From IMG/VR virus record IMGVR_UViG_3300010224_000001, positions 192,001 to 256,000 of that record: 64,000 nucleotides of DNA. The stretch is one strand, 5' to 3'. The notes below the pieces were generated by a model. The model made no database searches, was not told where the DNA came from, and worked only from the letters and a program-made list of their open reading frames with translations. This document shows, piece after piece, positions 19,700 through 30,046 of the stretch. A program made the translations under genes and the position numbers. Positions within the stretch are counted from its first letter, which is position 1; every line of letters begins with the position of its first letter. This DNA is from a virus.

Positions 19700-20194
19700 T
19701 TACAACGGGGTACTAACTAAATCAAACGTAACAATCTCGTGAATTCTGGTAACGATCATGCCGTCTCGTTCTACAAAACCACGCATACCAAAATGTAATG
19801 AGTTTATTTCGAGAAGCCTCTCAAAGAGTTTCGCATAAGGACCGCATGGAGTCGCATCACCTTTTACTACACCATCTTCTACACGGATATTCGTAATGTA
19901 GTGCGAGACATTGTCTTCGTGAATCTGCATAATGCGAGCTACTTGATGATGTAGTACGCCATTATTGCTATGCTTGACTCGAGCGTGTTTATCTTCACGA
20001 ACAATCGTATTGGTTTCACGGGTAGCTTTTATCGGTAGCGTTACGTGAGGCATTTGATGCTCACCCCGCAATAGGCCACGTTTTAACAAACGACCGAAGT
20101 TGAATGTCTTTACAGCTTCGGTATAATCGAGACCGGTCCTACTCGACACACCCGCCTTAAGCAGTTCAACAGTAATGAATTTCTTCTCTTCCAT
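19700..20194 (-). CDS. degenerate phiKZ gp175-like (S80) head maturation protease paralog
   Basis: LRGEHQMP, RIMQIHEDNVSH, TPCGPY, FGMRG, IVTFDLV resemble S80 motifs, but the catalytic His and Ser appear substituted. Confidence 0.55.
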   Translation of the reverse strand: MEEKKFITVELLKAGVSSRTGLDYTEAVKTFNFGRLLKRGLLRGEHQMPHVTLPIKATRETNTIVREDKHARVKHSNNGVLHHQVARIMQIHEDNVSHYITNIRVEDGVVKGDATPCGPYAKLFERLLEINSLHFGMRGFVERDGMIVTRIHEIVTFDLVSTPL

Positions 20195-20203
20195 GACCTA
20201 TCC

Positions 20204-20704
20204 TTATTCTGGCAAAATACCGGAGTGCATCCAGTTGAACGCATCTTTACCAGCATTGATATCCAGCTCACCGATGCCGTCACTGTAGTAATCATAAGTA
20301 CGGTGCGTGGCAAAATCAATCTTGCCCTCATGTTTACCCATGCAATGAAACCAGACGGTCAGTTTCTTTTCTTCTTGGTTGTCGCAGACGTAAACAACGC
20401 GCCGTGCCATGATCATACACCGTGCGGTATACTCATCGGAATCGAGCGTGATGATTACCTTGTGCGGATGCAGAGTTATGAATAAGCCAAGCGTATGTTC
20501 TTTTACGTTATCTGGTTTAGGAACATTGTCTAAAACCGAATGGATTGGTTCGAGACGATACGGTTCTTTAGCGCCGGTAACCGTAAAGGTAGCGTGTGTC
20601 TTTCCTACTTCAACTCCTAAACTCATTCCGAACTGATACATGACAGGACGGTTCATGAATTCTTGGGCGACTTCTTGAGATGCAGGGTGCGGTTTGGTGA
20701 ACAT
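20204..20704 (-). CDS. hypothetical protein
   Basis: 166 aa ORF with RBS. Confidence 0.65.
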   Translation of the reverse strand: MFTKPHPASQEVAQEFMNRPVMYQFGMSLGVEVGKTHATFTVTGAKEPYRLEPIHSVLDNVPKPDNVKEHTLGLFITLHPHKVIITLDSDEYTARCMIMARRVVYVCDNQEEKKLTVWFHCMGKHEGKIDFATHRTYDYYSDGIGELDINAGKDAFNWMHSGILPE

Positions 20705-21009
20705 TCTTTCTTTTCCTTTACTCTATTTTTTACAACGTAACTATAGCTCATCGTGACTTGCCAAGGGAGAATGAAGTAATAGATCTGCTTAGCTTGATTT
20801 CTTATACCTTCCAAGTCTAAGCTCTCCCTCAGCTCGCGAGCTTTCATCAGAAACACAGTTAATGCCGCTTTCGCAATTGCAAACTCTTTGTCTGGCAGAT
20901 ATTCTTTATGTTCTTTTAACTGCTCGATATACCAGGCATAAATCTTGTAATACAAGTTATCCACTTCACGTTCTTCATCTAACGTGAGTATTTTCTTCAA
21001 ATTACCCAT
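20653..21009 (-). CDS. hypothetical protein
   Basis: 118 aa, first gene after the promoter motif at 21062. Confidence 0.55.
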   Translation of the reverse strand: MGNLKKILTLDEEREVDNLYYKIYAWYIEQLKEHKEYLPDKEFAIAKAALTVFLMKARELRESLDLEGIRNQAKQIYYFILPWQVTMSYSYVVKNRVKEKKECSPNRTLHLKKSPKNS

Positions 21010-21061
21010 GTATGATTCCTGCCTTGGACTTCGAAAGAAGATAGTGCACTATCCTCACCAA

Positions 21062-21080
21062 GGTTATATAGGTCCAAAAT
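21062..21080 (-). promoter_or_regulatory. putative early promoter
   Basis: Minus strand ATTTTGGACCTATATAACC. Confidence 0.45.
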
Positions 21081-21794
21081 TATTTACTACTTTACACATT
21101 TGAAGAGACAAAAAAAAGAGAGGGGTGTTACCCCCTCTCAAAGGCTCTCACATCACACATCAAACTTGCCAGTACTATTACTTTTATCTATTGCTCTTTC
21201 GATAGAGGCGTCAATTCCTGCAGAGACTGCAAGATGAAGAAGATGGTTTAACTCTTCTTCGGAAAATAGGTAAACAGGCTTTCGCGATGAACCGACCTTC
21301 ATCTTACTCAGCTTAGACGCACTAGCTTCATGCTTCTTGAGACTATATTGCCCTTTCAATATAGCAAGAGCCGAAATACGGAGCGCGTACTCGTGGTCGT
21401 AAGTGGGGTCGTGGCTACTCATGTTAACACCTATTTATAGACGGTTATCAAAGAGGATTACCAGAGATATCACACTGTGCTGCTTCTGCTGCTTTCGCGA
21501 GTCGTTCTGCCCAGACTTTAGCATTTTCATCAGCAGCCCGCGGACCTTGTGAGTCTGCGAGAAGGTTATAGAAAGTGCCGCCTCGCTGATACTTCTTTGA
21601 CGTAGGGTAGACGAGCAGCATCAAGTGCTGCCGACGACGCATAATCATTTCTTGCTGCTTTTGCTCTTCAGTTTCGGACATGATGTTCTCTTTCTGATTT
21701 CACTACCAGCTTTGGACAAATGATCAGCTGAGACTACACTGACATAATAAACAGACTAGCTACGATATTCGTAGCTAGTCTGGTGTTATTGTTA

Positions 21795-22160
21795 TTAAGG
21801 TTTATTGGCTTTGGAAGTAGCTACGTAAGTCTTCCAGATAGCGTCAACTGCTTCTATATCGAGATGCAGTGTTTCTTTTTCGGAGATCTGTTTCATGTTT
21901 TGCATCACACGTTTCAGATACTGCTTCACACTGATGAACATGTGAACAAAGTCCTTTTGGGAGTGTTCTTCTTTGTACGGTACGTTTTCAAACTTCACCG
22001 TAAAGTAAACATCACGCAGGACTTTCGGTTTCTGACGAGAAAACTGACTGATCTGACCACTTATCACAACACCTGCTTTACCAGCACAGCCATCCTTTGG
22101 CGCTTCCAAAGGTTCTTGCGAAGTAGTAATGTGAGTACGTTCGTTTGCTAAGGCTTCCAT
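21795..22160 (-). CDS. hypothetical protein
   Basis: 121 aa; long hairpin downstream at 21751-21782. Confidence 0.6.
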   Translation of the reverse strand: MEALANERTHITTSQEPLEAPKDGCAGKAGVVISGQISQFSRQKPKVLRDVYFTVKFENVPYKEEHSQKDFVHMFISVKQYLKRVMQNMKQISEKETLHLDIEAVDAIWKTYVATSKANKP

Positions 22161-22174
22161 CTTTATCCTTTTCG

Positions 22175-22717
22175 TTAAAACGTAGTTGGGAAATGATCAG
22201 CTCGAGTCACTACATCAAACGTCTCTGTAGGATGATCATGATCAGACATGAATTTGTTTCGTAAAGCGACAGCTTCATCGAATGTCAACCAGAGCGCGTC
22301 ATTCCGATGACCGAATATGCCATCAACCCTCAAGTAACACAGCTCCATTGGGTAATACAGCAGATAACGATGGCTTTGTTCCCAGTCGTGTGCTGCTGCC
22401 CACAGTTCATCTTCAACCCAAGCAATGCCTTGTTGAAGCAGGTGAAGATTAGCAGGAGGCACGCTAAGTGCTTTGGAAATTGCATGACGCACTTCACGAT
22501 AGAGATATGAACGATCGGAATAACCGCTACGAGAAATGATCACTTTCTGGAAACATACTCCGTATTCGCACTCCCGGTTACCTTGGTCATCATGCAGATA
22601 AAGCTTACTCCAATAAGAAAACTTGGTATCAGCTTTATCTTTCGCATCTGGAGTTACATCATCAAAAACCTTTACTTTGATTTGAGCATGCTGAATACCA
22701 GCGTTGGTGGGCGCCAT
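22175..22717 (-). CDS. hypothetical protein
   Basis: 180 aa, coupled TAATG to upstream gene. Confidence 0.65.
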   Translation of the reverse strand: MAPTNAGIQHAQIKVKVFDDVTPDAKDKADTKFSYWSKLYLHDDQGNRECEYGVCFQKVIISRSGYSDRSYLYREVRHAISKALSVPPANLHLLQQGIAWVEDELWAAAHDWEQSHRYLLYYPMELCYLRVDGIFGHRNDALWLTFDEAVALRNKFMSDHDHPTETFDVVTRADHFPTTF

Positions 22718-23055
22718 TATTCTTTACCTTTCTCGACAGGAGCAGTGCGCAAATTAACCGCAACGAAGTCGACATTATCCACATACTTACCGAACTCTTT
22801 GATGGTGTAAGCACTCCAGATATCGGCTTCGTTGATGTCGTCTGTCCAAATGGGACGATAAGTGGCTACAAACGCGATCTGTTCCTTGACTTCTTCGATA
22901 GTCGGATTCTTAGCTTTCATCCAGCCTTGTTCACCCCAAATCCATTTCAGGATATTCAAGGTGTACAGCTTCGTCTCTTTGTGACGTGCGACAAAGATCG
23001 AAGAACGATTCGATTCATTATCGAGAATCTGCTGCTCTTTCTCATTAAGACTCAT
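22717..23055 (-). CDS. hypothetical protein
   Basis: 112 aa ORF with RBS. Confidence 0.65.
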   Translation of the reverse strand: MSLNEKEQQILDNESNRSSIFVARHKETKLYTLNILKWIWGEQGWMKAKNPTIEEVKEQIAFVATYRPIWTDDINEADIWSAYTIKEFGKYVDNVDFVAVNLRTAPVEKGKE

Positions 23056-23069
23056 ACTCTCTATTTCCT

Positions 23070-23879
23070 TTATTCTTGATTATTAAATTTCAAATCAGTG
23101 AGCATTAACGAAGTGTTTGGCATCAAATCGTAAAAGTTACCGTCGAGTACATCGTAAATACGAGTCTGTAACTGATCATGGTCGAGCATACCACACAGCT
23201 TATTCACACCACGCTCCCACCACAACAAACTTCGAATTGCAAAGTTGTAGGAGCTTTTACCCAGCACAGTACAAGTACCAGAACATGCCGAAGTCATCAT
23301 CTCACGATGCCTTTGACTGGATGGGTCGTTACGAAACGCCGTAAAGGTCAGGTAGTTACCCAGATTAAGCTTGAGGTTATACGTCGGTTCACTACCCGCA
23401 GTATTCACAAACAAAGTACACTGCTTGCCTTCTTTGTCGTTTTGATACTCAACCATGCGAATCAACGAATTCCAGATAGAGTCTGCGTCATCCACATTGT
23501 CTTTACTGGAAGAAGACGTTTCTTGATTCTGTTTGGCCTGGCGAGCCATACGAGGCGAAGGCGGTAGCACAACCAACGGAAAAGCACGACCGTTGTTGAC
23601 TAACGTATTGGCCTGCATGATTTGATTAATGATGCTGTTATAAAAATAACGACGAACAGTATTACGATCCATTCGTTTGACATCACGGTCTTTAATTTCA
23701 TACTGCATGTAAAAGATCACGTGACGCTCAGCAACGTTATCAAACATCACGACAGACGTATGGGGGATACAATCAACGTCAGTCATGGTGCGTGGTGTCG
23801 GTGGCTGTAAGAACTTTACAGTAACGAATGGAAGTTCCAGCGGTTCAGGAATCCTGATGTTATTTGAATACGTCTTCAT
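23070..23879 (-). CDS. hypothetical protein (paralog of 445-1215)
   Basis: LELPFVTV, LNLGNYLTF, GTCTVLGKSSYNFAIRS. Confidence 0.7.
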   Translation of the reverse strand: MKTYSNNIRIPEPLELPFVTVKFLQPPTPRTMTDVDCIPHTSVVMFDNVAERHVIFYMQYEIKDRDVKRMDRNTVRRYFYNSIINQIMQANTLVNNGRAFPLVVLPPSPRMARQAKQNQETSSSSKDNVDDADSIWNSLIRMVEYQNDKEGKQCTLFVNTAGSEPTYNLKLNLGNYLTFTAFRNDPSSQRHREMMTSACSGTCTVLGKSSYNFAIRSLLWWERGVNKLCGMLDHDQLQTRIYDVLDGNFYDLMPNTSLMLTDLKFNNQE

Positions 23880-23911
23880 GTATGCAAATTTCTTCTCTTG
23901 GTTATTGATTT

Positions 23912-24643
23912 TTAATAGGAGAATCGATAGATCTGTTTGATCTTCGGTTTGCCGCTTACGTCGATTTCAGCTAAGCTTAAACCATATTCACCATCCTTTC
24001 TAGCCTCCTCCATAAAGGCACCAGTATCCATGTAGACATGGTTACCGATCTGTGTAACAAAACGACTGATACGGTGACCTACGAACGAAAGAGAAAGACC
24101 TGCATGTTTCTCATGACTCACCCTTCGTTCAAAGAGTTCTTTACCCCATTGCAGTGAAAGTGGAACACGGCGATCTTTCACGTTAATGAGTTCATCCAAC
24201 TGAGTATCCGAACCATGGAACTCAGCATGGAATACGTTAAAGCGTCGTTCGCCCTCACCCACTACAATTACGATGGGAAGTTCAAACAACTTCTTCACAT
24301 ACTCCATGCGTTTCGCTCTTGGCATCTCTTCAGCCCAGCTACCGCCATGAATAATCCAGTTATCCCAGTTAAAGGCAATCCGTGGATCACATGAATCAAT
24401 GAAGATTTCCTCGTGATTACCGGCAGTGCTACGCACCCAGTCTTCGTCGAGCAAACCAAAGCATTTCTCCGATTGCGGTCCACGATCACCTAAATCGCCA
24501 GGTAGATAAAGAATGTCTTTCTCTTTATCAAAGTTGACACGATCGAGCAGTGTTTCTAATTGATGATAACAGCCATGCAAATCGCCAGCGACAAAGGTAC
24601 GCCCTTTGTCGTTATGCGGGTAGTACTTAATAACAGGAACCAC
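23912..24643 (-). CDS. calcineurin-like metallophosphoesterase (lambda NinI/PPP-like)
   Basis: GDLHG, GDLGDRGP, GNHE, FHAE, VGH, DTGA; GTG start at 24643 with AAGGAA RBS. Confidence 0.9.
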   Translation of the reverse strand: MVPVIKYYPHNDKGRTFVAGDLHGCYHQLETLLDRVNFDKEKDILYLPGDLGDRGPQSEKCFGLLDEDWVRSTAGNHEEIFIDSCDPRIAFNWDNWIIHGGSWAEEMPRAKRMEYVKKLFELPIVIVVGEGERRFNVFHAEFHGSDTQLDELINVKDRRVPLSLQWGKELFERRVSHEKHAGLSLSFVGHRISRFVTQIGNHVYMDTGAFMEEARKDGEYGLSLAEIDVSGKPKIKQIYRFSY

Positions 24644-24659
24644 TTTATTCCTTTCTTTG

Positions 24660-26069
24660 TTAAGGTAGCGATGCGAACGCCGTGTCGATTTCACGGGCCA
24701 TATGGTCCAGATAGCTGAGGTCTGGCGCGATGACCGGGGGAAACAGCGAGTTAGCAAACGTTGGAACAAGATAATGGCGAGCATCTTCACAATCCCACTC
24801 CATTGTAAACTGGCTGTTGCCAAACAGATCAAAACGACCTACCAGTGTAAGATTGATTGCGTTGCGGTGCGTGAGCATCGAGAAAACACGGTTTTCGATT
24901 TCTTCTTCGAAAGCTTTAATGTCTTCTTCTTTCACGAAGTCATCTACCCCGGCAGTGCCGATAACGTTAACACCAGTCTGTCCGTAGATATTGCTACCGT
25001 TAAAGTCCACTACTCGGATGCCATACTTCGCCATAATAGCCGGGACGCTATGTGCAATCGCACTAGCTGCTACCGTAGCTGCATCGCTACCTCCCCAGGA
25101 TTCATACTGCACGTCAGGGTTGCTCTGAGGAGTTACGTTGATATGGCAAACATTAAGTGCATTCGGATCCATGACACGCAGATCGTCCAACTTAATGTTG
25201 TTGATTGCCACGCCATTTTTAATCATAGCGAGTGCGCGCATAACGGGATTTTGCGTAACTGGCCGATCCATTACAAACCTTCTCAACGTCTCGATGTAAT
25301 GCATGGAATGACGATTCTTTACTTCACCAGCCGATTCCATTTGGATTGTTGCAGAGACATCAGTACTTACAATGGTTTGTAACCAGCTGCTCATATCTAC
25401 ATATTCGTAATCAGAAAACACAGGCGTGGCGACATGCGTTGTACGAAGATCCACAGTAGTCACACCGGCGACATTAAGCATTGGATCAGTAACAGAGGAC
25501 ATGCGAGCAAATACATCCATCGGACGAGTCCGTTGCATATTTGGCTTATCGACACCCACGTAATCAGGGTTCGCCAAAACCTGATAACCCTTGATGAGCT
25601 TCTCAGTACCATTCGGAGTGAGATACGAACGTACTTCAAAGATCGAATTGATCGTAAGGATCGTTTCTGGATCAAACAGAGCACCTTCTTTGTTTTCCCA
25701 AGGGCGATCAGTGTAACCGGAAACATAGTACTTGAACGGTCTTTTCGCGCCTGCGATCATACCTTCAATCTCGGCAACGAAACAAGCTACATCCATATCC
25801 CAGCTTTCGCCAGTTGCGGTAGGAAGTTTAACCGGATTACCGATGGAGCTAACATGAATCAGTCCTTCGATATACGGAATAGTGATACTGCTCGGGGTTT
25901 CTTCCGGACTATGCTTGCTATGTTCAGCAATCGCTTGATTGAGAAGCTGAAACTTCGGCAGAGTATCACTGTTGATGTTGGTGACGAAAGTGCGCAGGAA
26001 TTGCTGCTGATGTTTACCTCCAGCCATGAACTCAATGCTATTGATTTTGAATTGTACATTGTTCAGCAT
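24660..26069 (-). CDS. probable phiKZ gp68-like (non-virion RNAP promoter-specificity subunit) homolog
   Basis: YVSGYTD..FDP..L.INS, RPMDVF and PTFANSLFPPVI match my recollection of gp68-family motifs; not verified by search. Confidence 0.45.
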   Translation of the reverse strand: MLNNVQFKINSIEFMAGGKHQQQFLRTFVTNINSDTLPKFQLLNQAIAEHSKHSPEETPSSITIPYIEGLIHVSSIGNPVKLPTATGESWDMDVACFVAEIEGMIAGAKRPFKYYVSGYTDRPWENKEGALFDPETILTINSIFEVRSYLTPNGTEKLIKGYQVLANPDYVGVDKPNMQRTRPMDVFARMSSVTDPMLNVAGVTTVDLRTTHVATPVFSDYEYVDMSSWLQTIVSTDVSATIQMESAGEVKNRHSMHYIETLRRFVMDRPVTQNPVMRALAMIKNGVAINNIKLDDLRVMDPNALNVCHINVTPQSNPDVQYESWGGSDAATVAASAIAHSVPAIMAKYGIRVVDFNGSNIYGQTGVNVIGTAGVDDFVKEEDIKAFEEEIENRVFSMLTHRNAINLTLVGRFDLFGNSQFTMEWDCEDARHYLVPTFANSLFPPVIAPDLSYLDHMAREIDTAFASLP

Positions 26070-26136
26070 GATGATTTTTCCTTTGACGTGAGCGTAAAAT
26101 TGGAATGATTAATTATTTGTTTTTCTTGTTACTTCT

Positions 26137-26940
26137 TTATTTAATACAATTGCCTGACCCATCTGGTTGATCGCGTGTTTCTTTAAATAATTCATCCATT
26201 GGATCATCGAGCATTTGAGTTTCAATAACTCGATCTAAAAAACCTGTAGCTGGGTTAGATAGAATCTTTTTAACTACTACACCCTTTACTTCTGATCTTT
26301 CCCACGCTCTACCGTAAAGAAGATAGTGGTCGCCGTTATTTACAAGTTTGAACTTAACATTATTGCGATCATCAGGTGAGATTACTTGCCCCAACAAGGT
26401 CACCATTTCTAATGCCTCTTGCCGAAAATGACAGCCAGTCATATCGGTACTGATCTGTTTAATCTTTAGCATTAAATGCTTAAAGTTCATAGTTAGTTCG
26501 AACTTAAAACTTTCAAGACGCGGCTTATCTTGATTTCGAATGGCTAAGACAATTTCACTTTCTTCTTTACCATAAAGTAGATTGTTAACCCACTTGTTAT
26601 CCATCTTTTCAAGAATGTCATCCCAATCTTTGTAACCAAGAGCAGCAGCTACTCGATCGTAAACAAACTGGCGACCTACGGCCTTCTCACCCATGATCCG
26701 TGGGATATCCATGAATAGAGTCCAGATATCCTGTTTCAATTCACGAATAGAAAGCCCTGGTTTATTCGTTATATTGAGAATACGACGTTCAATCCAGTTA
26801 TGTGGCTCTGGTTCTGGTAGATAACCTTTTTGATTATTAGCAGATTCAAAAGCTTCCTTATGCTCTTTGAGATTTTCTGAACGCCGTTTTACTGTCAAAG
26901 TCTTACGCGGTTGTTGCGTAGGAAGAGACTTGATTTCCAT
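26137..26940 (-). CDS. hypothetical protein
   Basis: 267 aa, AGGAG RBS; VAAALGYKDW motif. Confidence 0.65.
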   Translation of the reverse strand: MEIKSLPTQQPRKTLTVKRRSENLKEHKEAFESANNQKGYLPEPEPHNWIERRILNITNKPGLSIRELKQDIWTLFMDIPRIMGEKAVGRQFVYDRVAAALGYKDWDDILEKMDNKWVNNLLYGKEESEIVLAIRNQDKPRLESFKFELTMNFKHLMLKIKQISTDMTGCHFRQEALEMVTLLGQVISPDDRNNVKFKLVNNGDHYLLYGRAWERSEVKGVVVKKILSNPATGFLDRVIETQMLDDPMDELFKETRDQPDGSGNCIK

Positions 26941-26995
26941 TTCATGATTCTCCTTTCGTTATTGATTATTAGTTTTTATCCAACTTGAACAGGTT

Positions 26996-27388
26996 TTAAG
27001 CTTTTGGCACTACTACTAATTCACCGTAACGTGGCGCGTTCATTATTTCGGCGATCTTATCGGTGTGTTCAGCCAAACAAACGGCCGGAATATGCAGATC
27101 AGTACCATCTTTCCTGTTCACTAAACCTAGAGAATTGACTATCAGGTCCTTCATTAGGAAAAAGATACCTTCCACATGGGTAGGTAATGCGAGATCGACT
27201 TTGAATGGCGCATCTCTATCATTACCAGGCTCAGCATTAACGACAATAGTTTCGATGCTCGCCAGACCATTTCCATCGTCTACCAAGGTAAAGTATTCTG
27301 TTTTTAAACCGACGATCTGTACGCCTATATGAACACTATTATGTTTTGCAATCTCGTCGATGAAGCTTTGACTAATGAACATTATCAT
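26996..27388 (-). CDS. hypothetical protein
   Basis: 130 aa ORF. Confidence 0.6.
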   Translation of the reverse strand: MIMFISQSFIDEIAKHNSVHIGVQIVGLKTEYFTLVDDGNGLASIETIVVNAEPGNDRDAPFKVDLALPTHVEGIFFLMKDLIVNSLGLVNRKDGTDLHIPAVCLAEHTDKIAEIMNAPRYGELVVVPKA

Positions 27389-27401
27389 TCCTTTTTTATG
27401 T

Positions 27402-27653
27402 TTAGAGAGGTTTTAGACCTTCTTCCTCAATGAACTTCACCAAACCGAAGAAGTCCCAGATCGGTTCTTTATCTTTAAAGATAATGACGAAACCATTAAC
27501 CGGACTGACATTACCCTTCGACAACTTCATCACTTTCTCACGACTCAAATAAGTCGTAGTCTTTATGCCGCAATGGACCAAGATAGCACGACATGCGGTG
27601 AGATTATCAGACGGAAAGTAATTTTCATCAGTAACAAATATTTCTGCTTTCAT
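27402..27653 (-). CDS. hypothetical protein, possibly glutaredoxin-like fold
   Basis: 83 aa; size and pattern only. Confidence 0.5.
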   Translation of the reverse strand: MKAEIFVTDENYFPSDNLTACRAILVHCGIKTTTYLSREKVMKLSKGNVSPVNGFVIIFKDKEPIWDFFGLVKFIEEEGLKPL

Positions 27654-28148
27654 TTATCCTCCGTAAATGTCTTTAGATCCAGCCAGCCATTGTTCAAATT
27701 CTTCTTTCTTTCCACTGCTTTTCACCCATTCAACTTGACGAGGCGTGATGTCGTTAGAAAGCACCATGGCATTGAATACTGCAAGGCGCTTCTTATCCGA
27801 CGAAAGAATCTGATCAAACTTTTCACTGTCTTCCACCTTGGTGAGTTGACCGTGAATCATCAAAGAGAATTCCTCGAAGAACTTGGTGTCCATGTAGTTG
27901 ATCGCAAATATTTCGCAGATCTTCTTAAGAGCAGTATAGACTTCAGTACCAGCTACCATGGCTTTTTCTAAAGCAGGGTTGTTCTTATTACCTAGCAACT
28001 TACTGATTACTTCCGGAGGAATGTTTTTAGGACCGCCGTATTTCCATTTGTAGAAAGCAAAGCGGATACTAAACCAAATGTTACTAATGTCTCGAGCTAG
28101 ATTACTAACATTCATCTGGAATGTATAAACAAGTTGCTTGATGATCAT
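27654..28148 (-). CDS. hypothetical protein
   Basis: 164 aa ORF. Confidence 0.6.
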   Translation of the reverse strand: MIIKQLVYTFQMNVSNLARDISNIWFSIRFAFYKWKYGGPKNIPPEVISKLLGNKNNPALEKAMVAGTEVYTALKKICEIFAINYMDTKFFEEFSLMIHGQLTKVEDSEKFDQILSSDKKRLAVFNAMVLSNDITPRQVEWVKSSGKKEEFEQWLAGSKDIYGG

Positions 28149-28164
28149 GATTAGACTTTCTTTA

Positions 28165-28638
28165 TTAGTGCCGCTTCACGCGTCCAAACTTTTGCAGTAG
28201 AACAAGTTCCAACTTCGTATTGAGAGCAGGGGATTTTGATTGTTTACGAAATTTATGGATCGTTTCCTTGCTTAGTTTAAAGCTAATCGGATGCGGGCGC
28301 GCCGGAATATAGATCGATGCAAAGATCTTCGATTCCGTCGGTAAGAAGTATGGTTTGACATACATACGCACACCCATGGACGTACAGTGGCTCCACCAGT
28401 CATCGAACATCTTGTAATTGATGATTTTAACGTCCATATACGGAATGAAATTTTCAAGCATCATCGAGTAGAGCGACTTGCCGGAATTATACAACGTATC
28501 TTCGACCTTGACCGATGAACGAGCACCAATATTAGCGGAGCGCATCAAACGTTCAACACTAATGTGATGTGGAACGCTATGATATTTTGCAGAGATAACT
28601 GCTCCGCTACATTCATGAAAAGCACTGGTATTATTCAT
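28165..28638 (-). CDS. hypothetical protein
   Basis: Start shortened to MNNTSAF, overlapping the thg1 stop. Confidence 0.55.
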   Translation of the reverse strand: MNNTSAFHECSGAVISAKYHSVPHHISVERLMRSANIGARSSVKVEDTLYNSGKSLYSMMLENFIPYMDVKIINYKMFDDWWSHCTSMGVRMYVKPYFLPTESKIFASIYIPARPHPISFKLSKETIHKFRKQSKSPALNTKLELVLLQKFGRVKRH

Positions 28639-29473
28639 CCTTATTCTCCTTGTCAATTGCAACGATAGGAACGGCACCATTAAAGATGACGTCAACTCGG
28701 TTGGTTACCTTATCGAAAACCGGCATGGCAAAGTCGCCTTGAAATTCATAGACGATGTTGCGACGTAGTTTCAGATCAGGATTAGTTCTTGCGTGGTGTT
28801 TCTCAGGCAGCTTTTCAATCTCAGCAAACGTGTACGGTGTTTCAACAACACGCCGCTGAATAAAAGTACCACGTTTAAAGAAGGCCGGATAGTGGTTCCA
28901 GTTGATGCCTTTTTCCATCAACATATCCAAACGCTCTTTACCGTTCTTACCCAACACTTGCTTATGGCTGTAGTATGCGGTCGCTGCCATGCTAATACTG
29001 TTCTTCGTAGCATCACGCTCACGCCACAGGAAGTTATTTGCTGCTTCTTCCAGATTTGGTAAATTGAATGCGCGGCAATCAAACGCAGGACGCTTATGTT
29101 TGTACTCAGGCAGACGCTCCGCGACAATCTCGTTAAAGATTACGGAAGCTTTAGCTGCAAGAGCTGTATTCATTTTCAGAATACGACCATCGAACCACAC
29201 TTGACTTTTGAGACTATCAGAATACCATGCCAGAGTAATTTCATCGCTTTGGGTATAAGCGCATACCGCATGCGTCTCTTCCAACAAACGTTTGGCGGTC
29301 TCAATCATGGCATACGACATAAGCGGATCATACGGTCGCTTCATGCCACGGGTGAACTTGCTGAAACCCATCCCATCCAAACGTGCCACGATCGGAAGCA
29401 GTGGCATAAAACGGCGATCAGATTCGACGTTTTCATACATCTTCATGCGATCGCCGAGTGCGTCTTTACTCAT
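28631..29473 (-). CDS. thg1: tRNA(His) guanylyltransferase Thg1-like 3'-5' polymerase
   Basis: ARLDGMGFSKFT, YTQSDEITL, FDCRAF, WRERDATKNSI, FFKRGTF. Confidence 0.9.
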   Translation of the reverse strand: MSKDALGDRMKMYENVESDRRFMPLLPIVARLDGMGFSKFTRGMKRPYDPLMSYAMIETAKRLLEETHAVCAYTQSDEITLAWYSDSLKSQVWFDGRILKMNTALAAKASVIFNEIVAERLPEYKHKRPAFDCRAFNLPNLEEAANNFLWRERDATKNSISMAATAYYSHKQVLGKNGKERLDMLMEKGINWNHYPAFFKRGTFIQRRVVETPYTFAEIEKLPEKHHARTNPDLKLRRNIVYEFQGDFAMPVFDKVTNRVDVIFNGAVPIVAIDKENKDE

Positions 29474-29478
29474 TATTG

Positions 29479-29649
29479 TTATTCCTTAGGTTTCTTAGTT
29501 TTGGTGTGAGTCAGAGTCATAGCTTGATAAAAGTTTTCACCATCTTTTATGATAGTGTCGTGTAACTTCCATCCAGCATTTAACTTTGCGTTAACCTTTT
29601 GTTCTAGATAACGTAGACTAGCTGCTTCAATTATTTTGAACGTAACCAT
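29479..29649 (-). CDS. DUF1737-like small protein
   Basis: Manual ORF of 56 aa: LEQKVNAKLNAGWKLH..FYQAM. Confidence 0.55.
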   Translation of the reverse strand: MVTFKIIEAASLRYLEQKVNAKLNAGWKLHDTIIKDGENFYQAMTLTHTKTKKPKE

Positions 29650-29969
29650 TAGTTAACCAGATCCCGTTCTTTCTCAGCTTCGTAGAACTTCTTCAGTTGA
29701 TCATCATCAAGTGGTTCGAGCCAATCGTCGGCGCAAGTTGCATTGTTGCTTTCACGGAAGGTATGGCTTTGCATGTCAGGAGAAGTGATCTTCACTCGGA
29801 ACTGAGAGCCGTCGATTGCTTCTACATCCCACATGTCGCCCCAGACCACATGGTCGGGAGGATCAGCACGATCTCTTACCTTGACAATCTTACCGACAGA
29901 ACTCCCAGTGGGTCCTACCGACGAACCAATGATTCTGCAGATAACACCTGGTTCTACTTTCTTAGCCAT
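29649..29969 (-). CDS. hypothetical protein
   Basis: Start at MAKKVEPG after AAGGAA. Confidence 0.6.
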   Translation of the reverse strand: MAKKVEPGVICRIIGSSVGPTGSSVGKIVKVRDRADPPDHVVWGDMWDVEAIDGSQFRVKITSPDMQSHTFRESNNATCADDWLEPLDDDQLKKFYEAEKERDLVN

Positions 29970-30046
29970 AATGCTTTCCTTATTTTCTATTAGAAATGAC
30001 AACAACAGAGAGGACGTAGTGTCCTCTCCTTTATGACGTTTATTGA

